DNA of 64,000 bases from NCBI RefSeq assembly GCF_902713615.1, contig NC_052161.1:26859908-26923907 (forward strand), read 5' to 3'. The notes under the pieces were generated by a model. It had not been told where the DNA came from and did no database searches. It saw only the letters and a program-made list of their open reading frames with translations. Source of the stretch: Scyliorhinus canicula. Taxonomy: Eukaryota. Position numbers and translations under genes: made by a program. This document shows, piece by piece, positions 11,461 through 23,094 of the stretch (positions are counted from its first letter, which is position 1; each line of letters opens with the position of its first letter).

Positions 11461-14400
11461 TGTCATGGGCCAGGGTTTAGAGAGCCCCAAAGTGTATAAT
11501 GGAGTTCATCTGACCCACAACTTTTAATAGATGGTGGTATGGGGAGCACACGGCCCACTCTACAGGTGTGGTACTGCAGAAATGGAAAAGTATTTTTTAA
11601 AGCAAAACAATGTTTATTCTATGAACTCAAGTTAACCTTTTTAAAACATACAGTGAACATCTTAGCAACCATCAATTCAAATACAACCCCCAAAGAATAC
11701 AACACTAAATAATCCTTAATAACTTCCCAAACAACATCCGGAAGACAAAAGAAACACCTTTTAACCAAAGTACATTAGATTTACATTCACTACGGAGAAC
11801 ATTTAGAATTCTGAAGTCACCAAATGATCAAGAGATAGTCTTTTAATAGCAGAGAGAACAGCAGTACAGCTGCTTTGTCTGGCTTCAGCTCCAACTCTGA
11901 AAACGAACACACCCTGCAGCAAACACCTAAATCGAAAGTAAAAAGCTGACAGACAGCCCAGCTCCACCCACACTCTGACATCACTGCAGTAATATGAGCA
12001 GCCAACATTTCTTAAAGCAAAATTCTCATGACACCTCCCCCCAAGAAAAAAAATAAACCAGTAACTTCAAGATGGTTTCATTTTTCATCTTTTCACTATC
12101 CTTTAAGAAATGCACGCAGTAAATTTACTTTTTTATTTTAAAAAATCAACACAGGCAAACAGGTATAATAATATAGTCCTTTTTTTCCTTCTTCCTCCAA
12201 CTGGAATCCATCTAGATTGACAATCTCTTTGAACAACAAGGTCTCTGCACGATCCATCCATTTCTCTATGCCTCAGCATTTCTCTTTAAAGTCAGATACT
12301 TTAGTTCAATCTGATCACAGAGTCCCTTGTAATTCTCCTGCACATGAGCATTGGTTATCACAGCTTTCAGGCAGTCAAATGCCTGTTGAAAGTCCGCTGT
12401 CCACTGAAATTTTAGTCGTTTCTTCAGCAAGTCCATCAGTGGAGCAACCGCAACCACATAAAACATTTTCACAAATGTTCGATCAAATCCACTCATGCCA
12501 AGAAATCGCATTATTTCCCATTGTATTGAGGGTATCGAAAACTCCTCAATAACTGTTGTCTTCACATCCCGTGTGACCATTCGATCCTGTCGATTTGTAT
12601 GGCTAAGGAAAGCTTTTCCAAATTCATTTTTGGCTAGGTTTATCACCAAACCTGCCTCCTGAAGTTGATCGAATAACTCCATCAGATGTTTTAAATGTTC
12701 ATTCCATGTCTGGCTGAAAATTACCAGATCGTCTATGTATACCGCACAGTTGGGTAATCCTGAAATGACTTTGTTAGTTAACCGTTGAAATGTGGCTGGG
12801 GTGTTTTTCATGCCAAATGGCATAACTTTGAATTGGTATATACCATCTGGAGTCACAAAAGCTGAAATCTCCTTCACCCTTTCAGATAAAGGTACCTGCC
12901 AGCAACCTTTAATTCAATCCAGTTTGTAAATAAAAGCTGATTGTCCCACTTTCGCAATGCAATCCTGCAAACGTGGGATATGATAAGAGCCCATTCTTGT
13001 AACTGCATTAACCTTTCTACAGTCCACACACAACCGTTGGGTACCATCTGGTTTAGGCACCATCACTATGGGTGAGCTCTATTGGCTGCAACCCACTTCA
13101 ATTATGCCTTTTTAAGCATACTCTCAATCTCTTTGTTAACCTGTGCCAATTTTAAAGGGTTAAGTCTATATGGATTATGTTTAATTGGAACAACCTTTCC
13201 CACATCTACATCATGTATAGCCATTTTAGTACTTCCCAATTTATCTCCACAAACTTGCCCATGTGATATCAATAACTCTTTCAGGTCAGTTCATTTTTCC
13301 TCTGGAAGGTAACTCAACAATTTATCTCAATTTTTAAGAACATCCTCGTTTTCCAATTTAATTTGAGGTATGTCAAATTCCAAGTCATCTAGATTTGGTT
13401 CATCACTTTGAGTTAGAATCTCCTCCTTTTTCTCTCCTTCCCTTTCAAAGTACCTTTTAAGCATATTCACATGACACACTCGGTGAGTCTTCCTTCTATC
13501 TGGTGTTTTTAACCACATAATTCACCTCACTTAATTTCCTTTCAATCTGATAAGGTCCACAAAACCTTGCTTTTAAAGGTTCACCTACTACTGGTAACAA
13601 TACTAAAACTTTATCTCCACAGGCAAAACTACAAACATTGGATTTCTTGTCCGCTACCCGTTTCATCACATTTTGTGCAACTTTTAAATGTTGTCTGGCC
13701 AATTCACCTGCTCTATTTAATCGTTTCCTAAAATTTGACATGTAATCCAATAATGTAATCTCCAATTTCTCACTCACTAATTTTTCCTTAATCAATTTAA
13801 GTGGTCCTCTTACCTCATGACCAAAAATTAGTTCAAAAGAACTAAATTTGGTTGACTCATTAGGTGCATCCCTAATTGCAAACAGTACGAGTGGAATTCC
13901 TTTATCCCAATCCTCCGGATAATCGTGACAATAAGCCCTCAACATTGTCTTTAATGTCTGATGCCACCTTTCTAATGCTCCCTGCGATTCTGGATGTTAT
14001 GCACTTGATTTAAATTATTTTATTCCAAAGCTATCCATAACTTCTTTGAATAACCTTGAGGTAAAGTTTGATCCTTGATCCGATTTCTGTGGGTAGTCCA
14101 TATCTAGTAAAGAATTTAAGTAACTCCTCCACATTGTTTTTAGCTGTAATATTACATATTGGAATTGCCTCTGGAAACCTCTTAGACACATCCATTATGG
14201 TCAAACGATATTGATTCCCGCTTTTTGTTTTAGGAAGCAGTCCTACGCAATCAATTAGGACCCGTGTAAAAGGTTCCTCAAATGCTGGAGTGGATATTAA
14301 GCGCGTTGGTTTTATCACTGCTTGAGGTTTCCCTATCACTTGACATGTGTGACATGATTGACAAAATGTAACTACACCTTTATGTAGTCCAGGCAAATAA

Positions 14401-16480
14401 AAATGTTTCTGGATTTTAGCTTGAGTTTTCCTTATTCCCAAATGACCTCCCACTGGTACCTCGTGTGCAACTCGCAACACCTCCTTTCTATACCCCACCG
14501 GCAATACTACTTGATGAACTTCTGCCCACTTTTCATCCGCCTGCATATGTAAAGGTCTCCATTTTCTCATCAAGACATCACTTTTACGGTAATAACACTC
14601 TGGTATATGCTCAGATTCCTCTTCCGTGTATGCTTTCTGATACATCTGTTTTATTTGTATGTCTTTTTGTTGTAACTCTGCCAATTTTTCTGAACTAAAA
14701 ATATCCGCATCACCCTCCACCTGTTCTTATTTTTCAACCATCTGATCAAAAATCGTTTCTGATAATTGCACTTCAACTTTATTTTCACTCTGATTTCTCC
14801 TCTTGTCTTAACCTGTGACTTTGCGACCTTGTTACTGCACAATCCGGAAAAGTCCCAGGATATTCATCCTTCAACACTTCAGTTGTCTGATTTTCCACTG
14901 GCTTATCAACCACCGTAGGTATCACCCACCTGCGATCCAGCTATATCATTACCCAAGATAAACTGTATTGCTGGACAAGATAGTTTCTCTATTACTCCTA
15001 CTACCACTTCACCACTCTTCACTGGACTTTCATTCCTTACCTTATATAATGGAACACTACTCCTCTCACCCTGAATTCCACATATTACCACCTTTTCTGG
15101 CAACATTCTTCCCAAACTACATAACTCCTCATCTCTTACCATTAGAGATTGACTAGCTCCCGTATCACTTAAAATTGTGACTTCTTTACCTGCTCCTCCT
15201 GATACACATGAGTAAACTTTACCCACACAAGTAAATTCTTTAAAGAGATCTGGCACCTTCTGATCAATCACCTCTTGATCAGGCTGGACAATCTTTTGCA
15301 CCTCCTTCGCTTCACTTGAACTTTCCTTTACCACTTTAACAAACCCCACTGTCTTCTACCGTTTTACCACATCAGCCTTCCCAGTGCTTTTCTTCAACCA
15401 CCAACACTGTGACTTTACATGGCCTAGTTTATTACAGTGAAAACATTTGAAACATTTTCATGTCTCTTCCACCCTCCTGGATTTCTTTTTTAATCTGAGG
15501 TACACTCTCCTTATTATCTCCCATCAGATCATCTTTCCTTTTACAACTTGAGTATTTCTCATGTCCCCAGTTTCTATCCCTCACAGGCTGAAACTGATGT
15601 CGGAAACCAAGCTTTGATTTATGAACTAATTCATAATCGTCTGCCATTTCTTCTGCTAACCTCGCAGTTTTAACCCTCTGTTCTTCCACATGAGTTCTCA
15701 CTACATCAGGTATTGAATTTTTAAACTCCTCCAAAAGCACAATTTCTCTGAGAGCTTCATACGTTTGGTCTATTTTCAAAGCCCTTATCCACCTATCAAA
15801 ATTACTGTTTGAGCCTTTCAAACTCCATGTATATTTTACCAAATTCTTTCCTTAAATTTCTAAACCTTTGTCTGTAGGCTTCAGACACTAATTCATATGC
15901 ACCTCAGATGGATTTTTTCACCTCCTCATACGTCCCAGATACCTCCTCCGGCAGTAATGCAAACACTTCACTAGCCTTACCTACCAGCTTTGTTTGAATC
16001 AGTAATACCCACATGTCCTGTGGCCATTTCATTTGTTTAGCTACCTTCTCAAATGAAAAGAAAAAGGCTACTACCTCCTTCTTGTCAAACCTTGGCAATG
16101 CTTGGACATATTTGAATAGATTCCCACCAAACCTTTGACTTTGATGCTCTTTCTCACTATCCTCAAACTGTACATTTCCCTTTACGTCTGCCAATTTTAA
16201 CTGACTGTCATGTTTCATGGCCATTTTCTGAAGTTCAAACTCTCTCTCTTTATCCTTTTCCCTGATCTGTATCTCCCTTTCTCTTTCTTTTTGTTCTAGG
16301 GCTATTCTTTCTTTTCTCCTTTCTTCTCTCTCCTTTTCTTTTCCCTCTCTCTCTTTTTCCTTTCTATCTCTTTCTTTTTCCACCCTCTCTTTTTCTTTTG
16401 CCGCTCTCTCTCTTTCTTTTTCCTCTCTTTCGTATTCAAGCTGCTTTAATTCTCTCTCATGTTCCATTTGTTTAATTTTG
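11461..16480 (-). mobile_element. Gmr1-type Gypsy LTR retrotransposon (gag-PR-IN-RT order), 5' end missing
   Basis: 3' LTR 11461-12033 followed by the PPT complement cctcccccc. Gag with CCHC (CFHCNKLGHVKSQC, ~15400-15450), protease DTGAS (~15160), integrase HHCC/DDE/GPY (14720-13330), RT YIDD (~12730). Multiple stops and frameshifts. Confidence 0.9.
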
Positions 16481-16504
16481 TAACTGAATGGAAGATTTCG
16501 ACCA

Positions 16505-17325
16505 ATATGTATGTCTTTGTTTGTGAGTGTGTATGTTTGCATGTGTGTTCTGTTTGTGTGTGTGTGTTCTGTTTGTATTCTGTTTTTGTCTGTGTTCTGC
16601 TTGTGTTTGTGTGTTCTGATTGTGTGTGTGTTCTGATTGTGTGTGTTCTGTTTGTGTGTTTTGTTTGTGTGTGTGTATTCTGTTTGTGTGTGTGTTTGGT
16701 TTGTGTTAGTGTTCAGTTTGTGTTTATGTGTTCTGTTTGTGAGTGTGTATTCTGTTTGTGAGTGTGTGTTCTGTTTGTGAGTGTGTGTTTGGTTTGTATG
16801 TGTGTGTTTGGTTTGTGTGTGTGTTTGGTTTGCGTGTGTGTTTGGTTTGTGAGTGTGTTTGGTTTGTGTGTGCTTTCAATTGGTGTTTGTGTGTTCTGTT
16901 TGTGTGTGTTCTATTTATGTGTGTGTGTTCTATTTATGTGTGTGTTTCCTGTTTGTGTGTTCTATTTGTGCGTGTGTTCTATTTGTGTGTGCTTTCAATT
17001 TGTGTGTGCTTTCAATTTGTGTTTGTGTGTTCTGTTTGTATTTGTGTTTGGTATGTATGTGTGTTAGGTTTGTGGTTGTGTGTTCTGTTTGGGTGTATGT
17101 TCAGTTTGTGTTTGTGTGTTCAGTTTGTGTTTGTGTGTTCAGTTTGTGTTTGTGTGTTCTATTTGTGTGTGTTCTGTTTGTGTGTGTGTTCAGTTTGTGT
17201 TTGTGTGTTCTATTTGCATGTGTTTGTGTACGTGTTTGTATGTTCTGTTTCTGTGTTTGTGTTTGTGGGTGGGTGCTTGTGCTTGTGAGTGAGTGCGTAT
17301 GTGTGTGTTTGTGAGTGTGATTGTA
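16505..17325. repeat. degenerate TG-rich simple-sequence satellite
   Basis: Imperfect units like TTCTGTTTGTGTGTGTG; a similar TG tract lies at 11418-11460. Confidence 0.9.
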
Positions 17326-17729
17326 TATTCTTCCCAATCGTGGTTAAGGTGAAGGTTACCCATGGCTTTGGAGCTAGGATGCCCAGAGATCAGATGAAAG
17401 GAAGGATGTTTCAGGAATATCAGACTCAGGGATTATTCTTTGAGGAAATGCATCAAGTAACAGTTTTGAATGCAGCATCTACACTCATGGTGACACGAGG
17501 AAGCTGCTTCTGTGCTGCAGAAATAAATAGATATATTGGTTTCTTTGGAATTTGTCTTGGATTTCCACTTAACAGGGGATAGTCAGTGCCTCCTCCACAG
17601 AGGCACAGACTAGCTTGACTAATAAAAGGCTACAGATAGACAATACCTTGTGTATCCTGCTGCTCAGGATGCAGAATGTTTTCTCTCAGGGCCTTCATGA
17701 TCAGATTGAGAATCTTAGATCCCACTTGT

Positions 17730-18125
17730 GACAAAAGTCATAGCTTCAAAACCCACTCCAGATGTTTGGGTACACGATGTACACATTCAGGATCGCACTG
17801 TGAGAGATCATTCTCTTGGACAAGACACTAAAACAAGGCTGGGCCTTCCATCTCAGGTGGGTGCATCAGGTACCAGAGCCCGATTTGAAAGCAAGGAAGA
17901 TTCCCTTGCTATGTTGTACAACATTCATCCTTCAACCCCATACCACAATCAGATTATCTGCTCATTTACCTCATTCCTGTTTCTGTGACCCAATTGTGCT
18001 CAAGCTGGCTGCCATGTTGCACAAGCAACAACTACACTTCAAAAGCTATCAATCCACTGTGAAGAGCTTTTGAATGTCATTGGGTCCGTGTCAGACACTC
18101 TATAAATGCAAGTCCTTTCTTCCTT
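17730..18125 (+). mobile_element. ancient Deu-domain SINE (SacSINE1/AmnSINE1-like), heavily diverged
   Basis: Recognisable blocks ctcaggtgg..., agattatctg.tcatt, ggctgcc.tgtt, actacacttcaaaag, ctataaatgcaagtc.ttcttt. Confidence 0.6.
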
Positions 18126-18339
18126 TGATAACTATCATTAAACAAACTCTTCTTATGTGATCAGTGATCAGCAGCTGAGTAGAATAACATTAGGTTGGAG
18201 AAACTTGTCTGAAGCTACTGTCCGTTAGGCAGGCAAGAAATACCAGGCCTCCAGCATCCCAAACTCATGCTTCAGAGATATTTTTCCTGTATCAGGTTGC
18301 AACTATAGTTATGTTAATCTCCTCCATTAACACTTTGGA

Positions 18340-18700
18340 AGTGATTTAACTCACAAAAAAAAGGTCCATTTTGGGCACGTAGAGCAGGGTTTTTCTCAGC
18401 TCTTGCGCCACCAAGACTGATCTCTCTATCAAACACGACTCTCACTTTTTCTCGCTTCAGTCGGGAACGCCTCACCGAAGTGGCACTTACCTCATTTCCT
18501 GCACTGACGACTCAGCGTGTCAGTGCAGGAAGAGATTGGGGCGCCATTTTTAAATGCTGCTCTGATCTTTCAACCACCCTTGGACATCCCACCATTGCCT
18601 CCAGATCCCACCCCCCCCCTCCCACTGGCCCAACCTACCTCTTAGGGATCCTCAAGCCTCCCCCCTCACCCCGACAAGTAGCATTAGCAGCAGGTAGCAG
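18340..18700. mobile_element. non-autonomous DNA-transposon (MITE-like) fragment
   Basis: Homologous to 35420-35700 (gtcagtgcaggaagagattgggg...tttttaaatgc). Confidence 0.55.
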
Positions 18701-18783
18701 CAGAATGGTCTGGTGTTTTAATGTTCTAGGATGTGTAATAAATTTGGTTTATACTCTGTCGGTGGCTTAAGGCAGCAGTGACT

Positions 18784-19004
18784 GGGCAGCATGGTGGCCT
18801 AGTGGTTAGCACAACCGCCTCACGGCGCTGAGGTCCCAGGTTCGATCCCGGCTCTGGGTCACTGTCCGTGTGGAGTTTGCACATTCTCCCCGTGTCTGCG
18901 TGGGTTTCGCCCCCACAACCCAAAAATGTGCAGAGTAGGTGGATTGGCCACGCTAAATTGCCCCTTAATTGGAAAAAATAATTGGCTAATCTAAATTTAA
19001 AAAA
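18784..19004 (+). mobile_element. young short-tailed V-SINE with poly(A) tail
   Basis: 14-bp TSD AAGGCAGCAGTGAC; nearly identical to 22392-22616. Confidence 0.92.
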
Positions 19005-19514
19005 AAGGCAGCAGTGACGAAGATAGACTGTGTAAATGATAACAGACATCTTCAGTAATCAGGTGTATTTAGATGCTCCTTGTAGCAGTTACTGAGGAGT
19101 CCTTGAATGGTGGCTATTGTGATTCTTTCCTTCACATACTTCTGCACCCAAAGGAACACCAGGAAAATGTCCAAGTCGAGGCCTTTTTTGGATACTGATG
19201 CTTGCTTCAAGGTCAAATGCCCTTTAAGGTCCTGATGCTTCTCTCAATCAATCGTATTGTAATGGTCGCTATCATGGCTGAACTCTTAGTGGTATCTTTC
19301 AAGGCAGGATTATGCCTTGTTATAACCAAGGCATTCATTGACATGACTCTCTTCCTTGATGTGCTCAAGGAGGACAGAATTCTGAAGGACAAATGAACAC
19401 TGAAACTCTCCAGCAAACTTTACTGTGTATGACAATTTCCACGCTGCCACATACAATTTGTCCATTCAGGCAGTTGAACCACTTCATGGTGAGGAAGTTG
19501 AATGTAGAGAATTG

Positions 19515-19665
19515 TTGATTGGTCATGCTAAATTTTCCCCTAGTGTCCAAAGATGCACATGTTAGGTGGGGTTATAGGGTTATGGGAATAGGGTGGGTGA
19601 ATGGGTCAGAGGGTCGGTGCGGACTCAATGGGCTGAATGGTCTACTTCTGCACTAGGAATTCTCT
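19515..19665 (+). mobile_element. 5'-truncated HE1-like SINE
   Basis: gattggtcatgctaaatt...ggactcaatgggctgaatgg tail. Confidence 0.65.
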
Positions 19666-20274
19666 GGTGTTTTTGGTTCTAATAAATGCTAATTTGGTAG
19701 TTGCAGACATGGCAAACACTAACAGGAAGTGTTGAGAAGTTGTGGAAATTTGTTTGGAACAATTCTGATCCAGATAATTAGAAGAAGCTCCCATCCAATG
19801 TGGAGGCCATTACTTCTTGATCCAATTTTTCTCGAAAGACACACTGAAAATGAATCAAAATCTCAGGGTTGCCAAATTAATGTGAATGCATGACGAAGAC
19901 TAATCTCCTTGCCAATCTGACTTGCAAATAAAATAAACATTAAACAAATTATGTTTTCTTTGCATAAAAGCAAAATACTGAGGAGGCTGGAAAGCTAAAG
20001 TAAAAACAGAAAATGCTAGAAAAGCTCAGCAAGTCTGGCAGTATCTGAGGAGAGAGACACAGAGTGAACGTTTGGAGGTCGTCTGATGTGGACTCGAAAC
20101 GTTAGCCATGTTTACCTTGCAGTTCCTTTGCAAAATTATACATTGTTGCTCACTTTTAATTAAAGTACTTGAATATTATATTATGCGGAACATTTTGCAA
20201 TACACTCTTCCTAAATGAGACAGAGCAGTAACAAGAAGGTAATTTAAGAAGGTTTCAAAGCATTTTTCACGAAC

Positions 20275-20343
20275 CATTGTTGTCGTAGGAATTTTCTAGC
20301 CAAGCGGGATAGTTGTCCTCGTCAAATCCTGCAGGATCTTCCC
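20275..20343 (-). CDS. habp2: habp2 exon 3, acidic N-terminal region (GEDPAGFDEDNYPAWLENSYDNN)
   Basis: cctag acceptor, G|GTTCGT donor, 69 nt, phase 1-1, open frame. Acidic with a PxW motif like the HABP2 N-terminal region (human ENPDWY). An alternative in-frame acceptor would start the exon at 20328. Confidence 0.7.
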
Positions 20344-20794
20344 CTAGGATTGGATCACACTTAAATATTATCTTTGCAATATTGTGAGTTCAAACATATC
20401 AATAAATCAAAATGCAGTGCAAAACTATTTCTGTCTTTGTCTCTGACAGTTTTCTGGTCCCACATGGATTTATGTTATCAGTAATCCTGGAAAATTTGTT
20501 ATAAGAATTAGTTGTCATTCCATGAAGCCACTCGACTGGGCATGCTGTTAACAGGCAGGGAGGCTTCATTTTTGAGGTCCAGCTATAACATTGATTTTGG
20601 TTTTGTAGGTATTTGAAGGTATTAAAAGAATGTGTTCCGCTGAGCTGTGCATTTGTCCATTTTGCCAGTGTACAATTTCCATCACTTGATTTTCAAGACT
20701 TTACACTCCTTTTGTGGAGAATGTGATTCCCGCTGGTTTTACAGTTCCACAGATGCCAGAAATCATCTGGTATTTTGGCCAAAATAGTTTTGAC

Positions 20795-21035
20795 AGTCAG
20801 CGCTATTAGGCCATTCAACCAGAGGAAACCACAGCTGTGCCTAATCCCATCATCATTTGACATTCACATACATAGAACTTCCAACAAAAAAATTCCTAGT
20901 GCATGTTCAGGAGTTGAATTTTTTCTTTTCCTTCCCATAGCCCAAGGACATTGGGACAATTATTTCAATTTTACTATTTACCCAGCTGAGATTAGCTAAC
21001 TAAACACAGACTGGGGATTAGATCAAGGCTCATTA
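20795..21035 (-). mobile_element. probable ancient tRNA-derived SINE relic
   Basis: cagctgagattagctaact.a.cacagactgggga block resembles the reverse complement of an old SINE head; very diverged. Confidence 0.35.
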
Positions 21036-21729
21036 CTTCTCTGTAACTTGTTTTTTTATTAAGAGAAACCCCTGCAGCCTGATCAGCAGATGCTTAGCTG
21101 ATTTAATATTTTCGTTTTGTTTTCGATATCGGCTTAAAGGTAACTGTTAACTCAATGTCACGAACTGAACTATTTCAGACTGATTTATGGGTAACTTTGT
21201 TCTCAAATGTTGTGGTCCTGTCCCCTTACGAGAAGTGATGTAACACCTAAACAATGCAATGACCCTCCCTGCCCCCCACCCTTTCCACTTGCATGCTGTA
21301 ATATTTTGATAGACATTCTCAAAATTCATGAACGTCATCACGGTAAATCGATATATAGGCACTAGAGAGAAAATATTAGCAACATGTTTGATGTTCATAT
21401 TTTTGACAATATAAAATTGTACTTGATGGTTTTATCTCTTAACAAACTACAGTAGTAGGGAGCCTCAAAACCTTGATGGTCTGGTGCTTGGTGTCCATTG
21501 GCATTTTGACAGTCACAGTGGTGCAGAACAGTTCTTATGGGAGGAATTTTCATGGCCCCTCCGGAGTGGGTTTTAGGTGAGAAGGGAGTAAACTCAGATA
21601 TCCTGGCATCAGGTCAGTGGCCTGATGCCTTCCTGCCTCCAGTCAATCTGCCCGGAGATAGGTCATCACTGGCATTGACTACAAGCCCACCAGTGTTTAC
21701 CTACCCAGGGGTGTCACCTACCCAACAGT

Positions 21730-21946
21730 TCTTTCCTCCCCCCCTCCCCCCCCCGAGTACCCAATTCTTTTTTTACCCAATTAAGGGGCAATTTAGCGTG
21801 GCCAATCCACCTACCGTGCACATCTTTGGGTTGTGGAGATGAGACCCACACAAAAACGGGAAGAACGTGCAAACTCCCCACAGGCAATGAATCAAACCCG
21901 GCGCTGTGAGGCAGCAGTGCTAACCACTGTGCCACCGGTGCCGCCC
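21730..21946 (-). mobile_element. short-tailed V-SINE
   Basis: 18-bp TSD TGTCACCyACCCAACAGT (21712-21729 and 21947-21964). Confidence 0.85.
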
Positions 21947-22391
21947 TGTCACCCACCCAACAGTAACCATAAGTCTTGCAGTGGCTACAAGCCTGGCAGT
22001 GACTAGAAGTCTGGCGGTGACTCTATGCCCAGCAGCAGTAACTGGAATGTGCCCGCTGTCCCACATTATCCCGATGCCTCAGAGCTGGCCTGTTAATATG
22101 TCATCTCTGGGAACATCTTCCAGGCATGTGCATTGACCGTGACCTGGAAAAGGTACTGGGCCGCCAATCATATTTAAAGAGCTCTAAGTTCTGTTTGGTG
22201 TTCATGATTTTTTTCTCAGCATCCAACATGAGCAGAAAGTCATTCCAGTGGTTAAGAGGATCCAAAAGAATCAGGCAAGAATTCAACCTCTGAAACAATC
22301 AGGTGAGATTCTCCTCTTGCCCAAAATGGGCTGCTTGCTATCTCCTCACAGAAAGATGCTCCATCCATCTACATTAACACACAGCAGTCAA

Positions 22392-22616
22392 GGGCAGCAC
22401 GGTGGCCTAGTGGTTAGCACAACCGCCTCACGGCGCTGAGGTCCCAGGTTCGATCCCGGCTCTGGGTCACTGTCCGTGTGGAGTTTGCACGTTCTCCCCA
22501 TGTCTGCGTGGGTTTCGCCCCCACAACCCAAAAATGTGCAAAGTAGGTGGATTGGCCACGCTAAATTGCCCCTTAATTGGAAAAAAATAATTGGCTAATC
22601 TAAATTTATAAAAAAA
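22392..22616 (+). mobile_element. young short-tailed V-SINE with poly(A) tail
   Basis: 15-bp TSD AACACACAGCAGTCA. Confidence 0.92.
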
Positions 22617-23094
22617 AACACACAGCAGTCACTGGCCTTACTGCCTCCATCTGATTGTTTTTCCATTAGTCCAGACTTTTGCATCTTGACCTTATTTCAC
22701 TACAAATATAAATACTAACAGCAAATTCAGAAACCAAGCACAGCGTTATCAAACAGCTTAATTTAATTTATACCTAACAGTTTACGGATCTCATTATGAA
22801 TCACGCTTGTTCAAGCCTTTAGAAATGTCTTGTGCACCTTTATCTCTCTGACTGCCACCAATAAATTGGGTCTTCAGTGGTTGTGAATTGGGAGGTGGAA
22901 GCCAGCTCAGCTTCTATTAAGGACACTTCAGCTGGCTGTTTAGGGTTTCCACAGATACTGGCAGAATAGGCTGGTGGGCAGCATGGAATACTGACATCCT
23001 GAGAGATTACTGCAGCTGGCTCGCCCTTGGGATTAAAGCCATTCTCCTGGCACTTCTTTAACACTCCTGTAGTCTGTGGGAGAAACACTCAAGA

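Noticed and set aside
16459-17337. Several Cys/Val-rich or His/Thr-rich ORFs of 70-181 aa
   Set aside because: Artefacts of the stop-poor TG satellite
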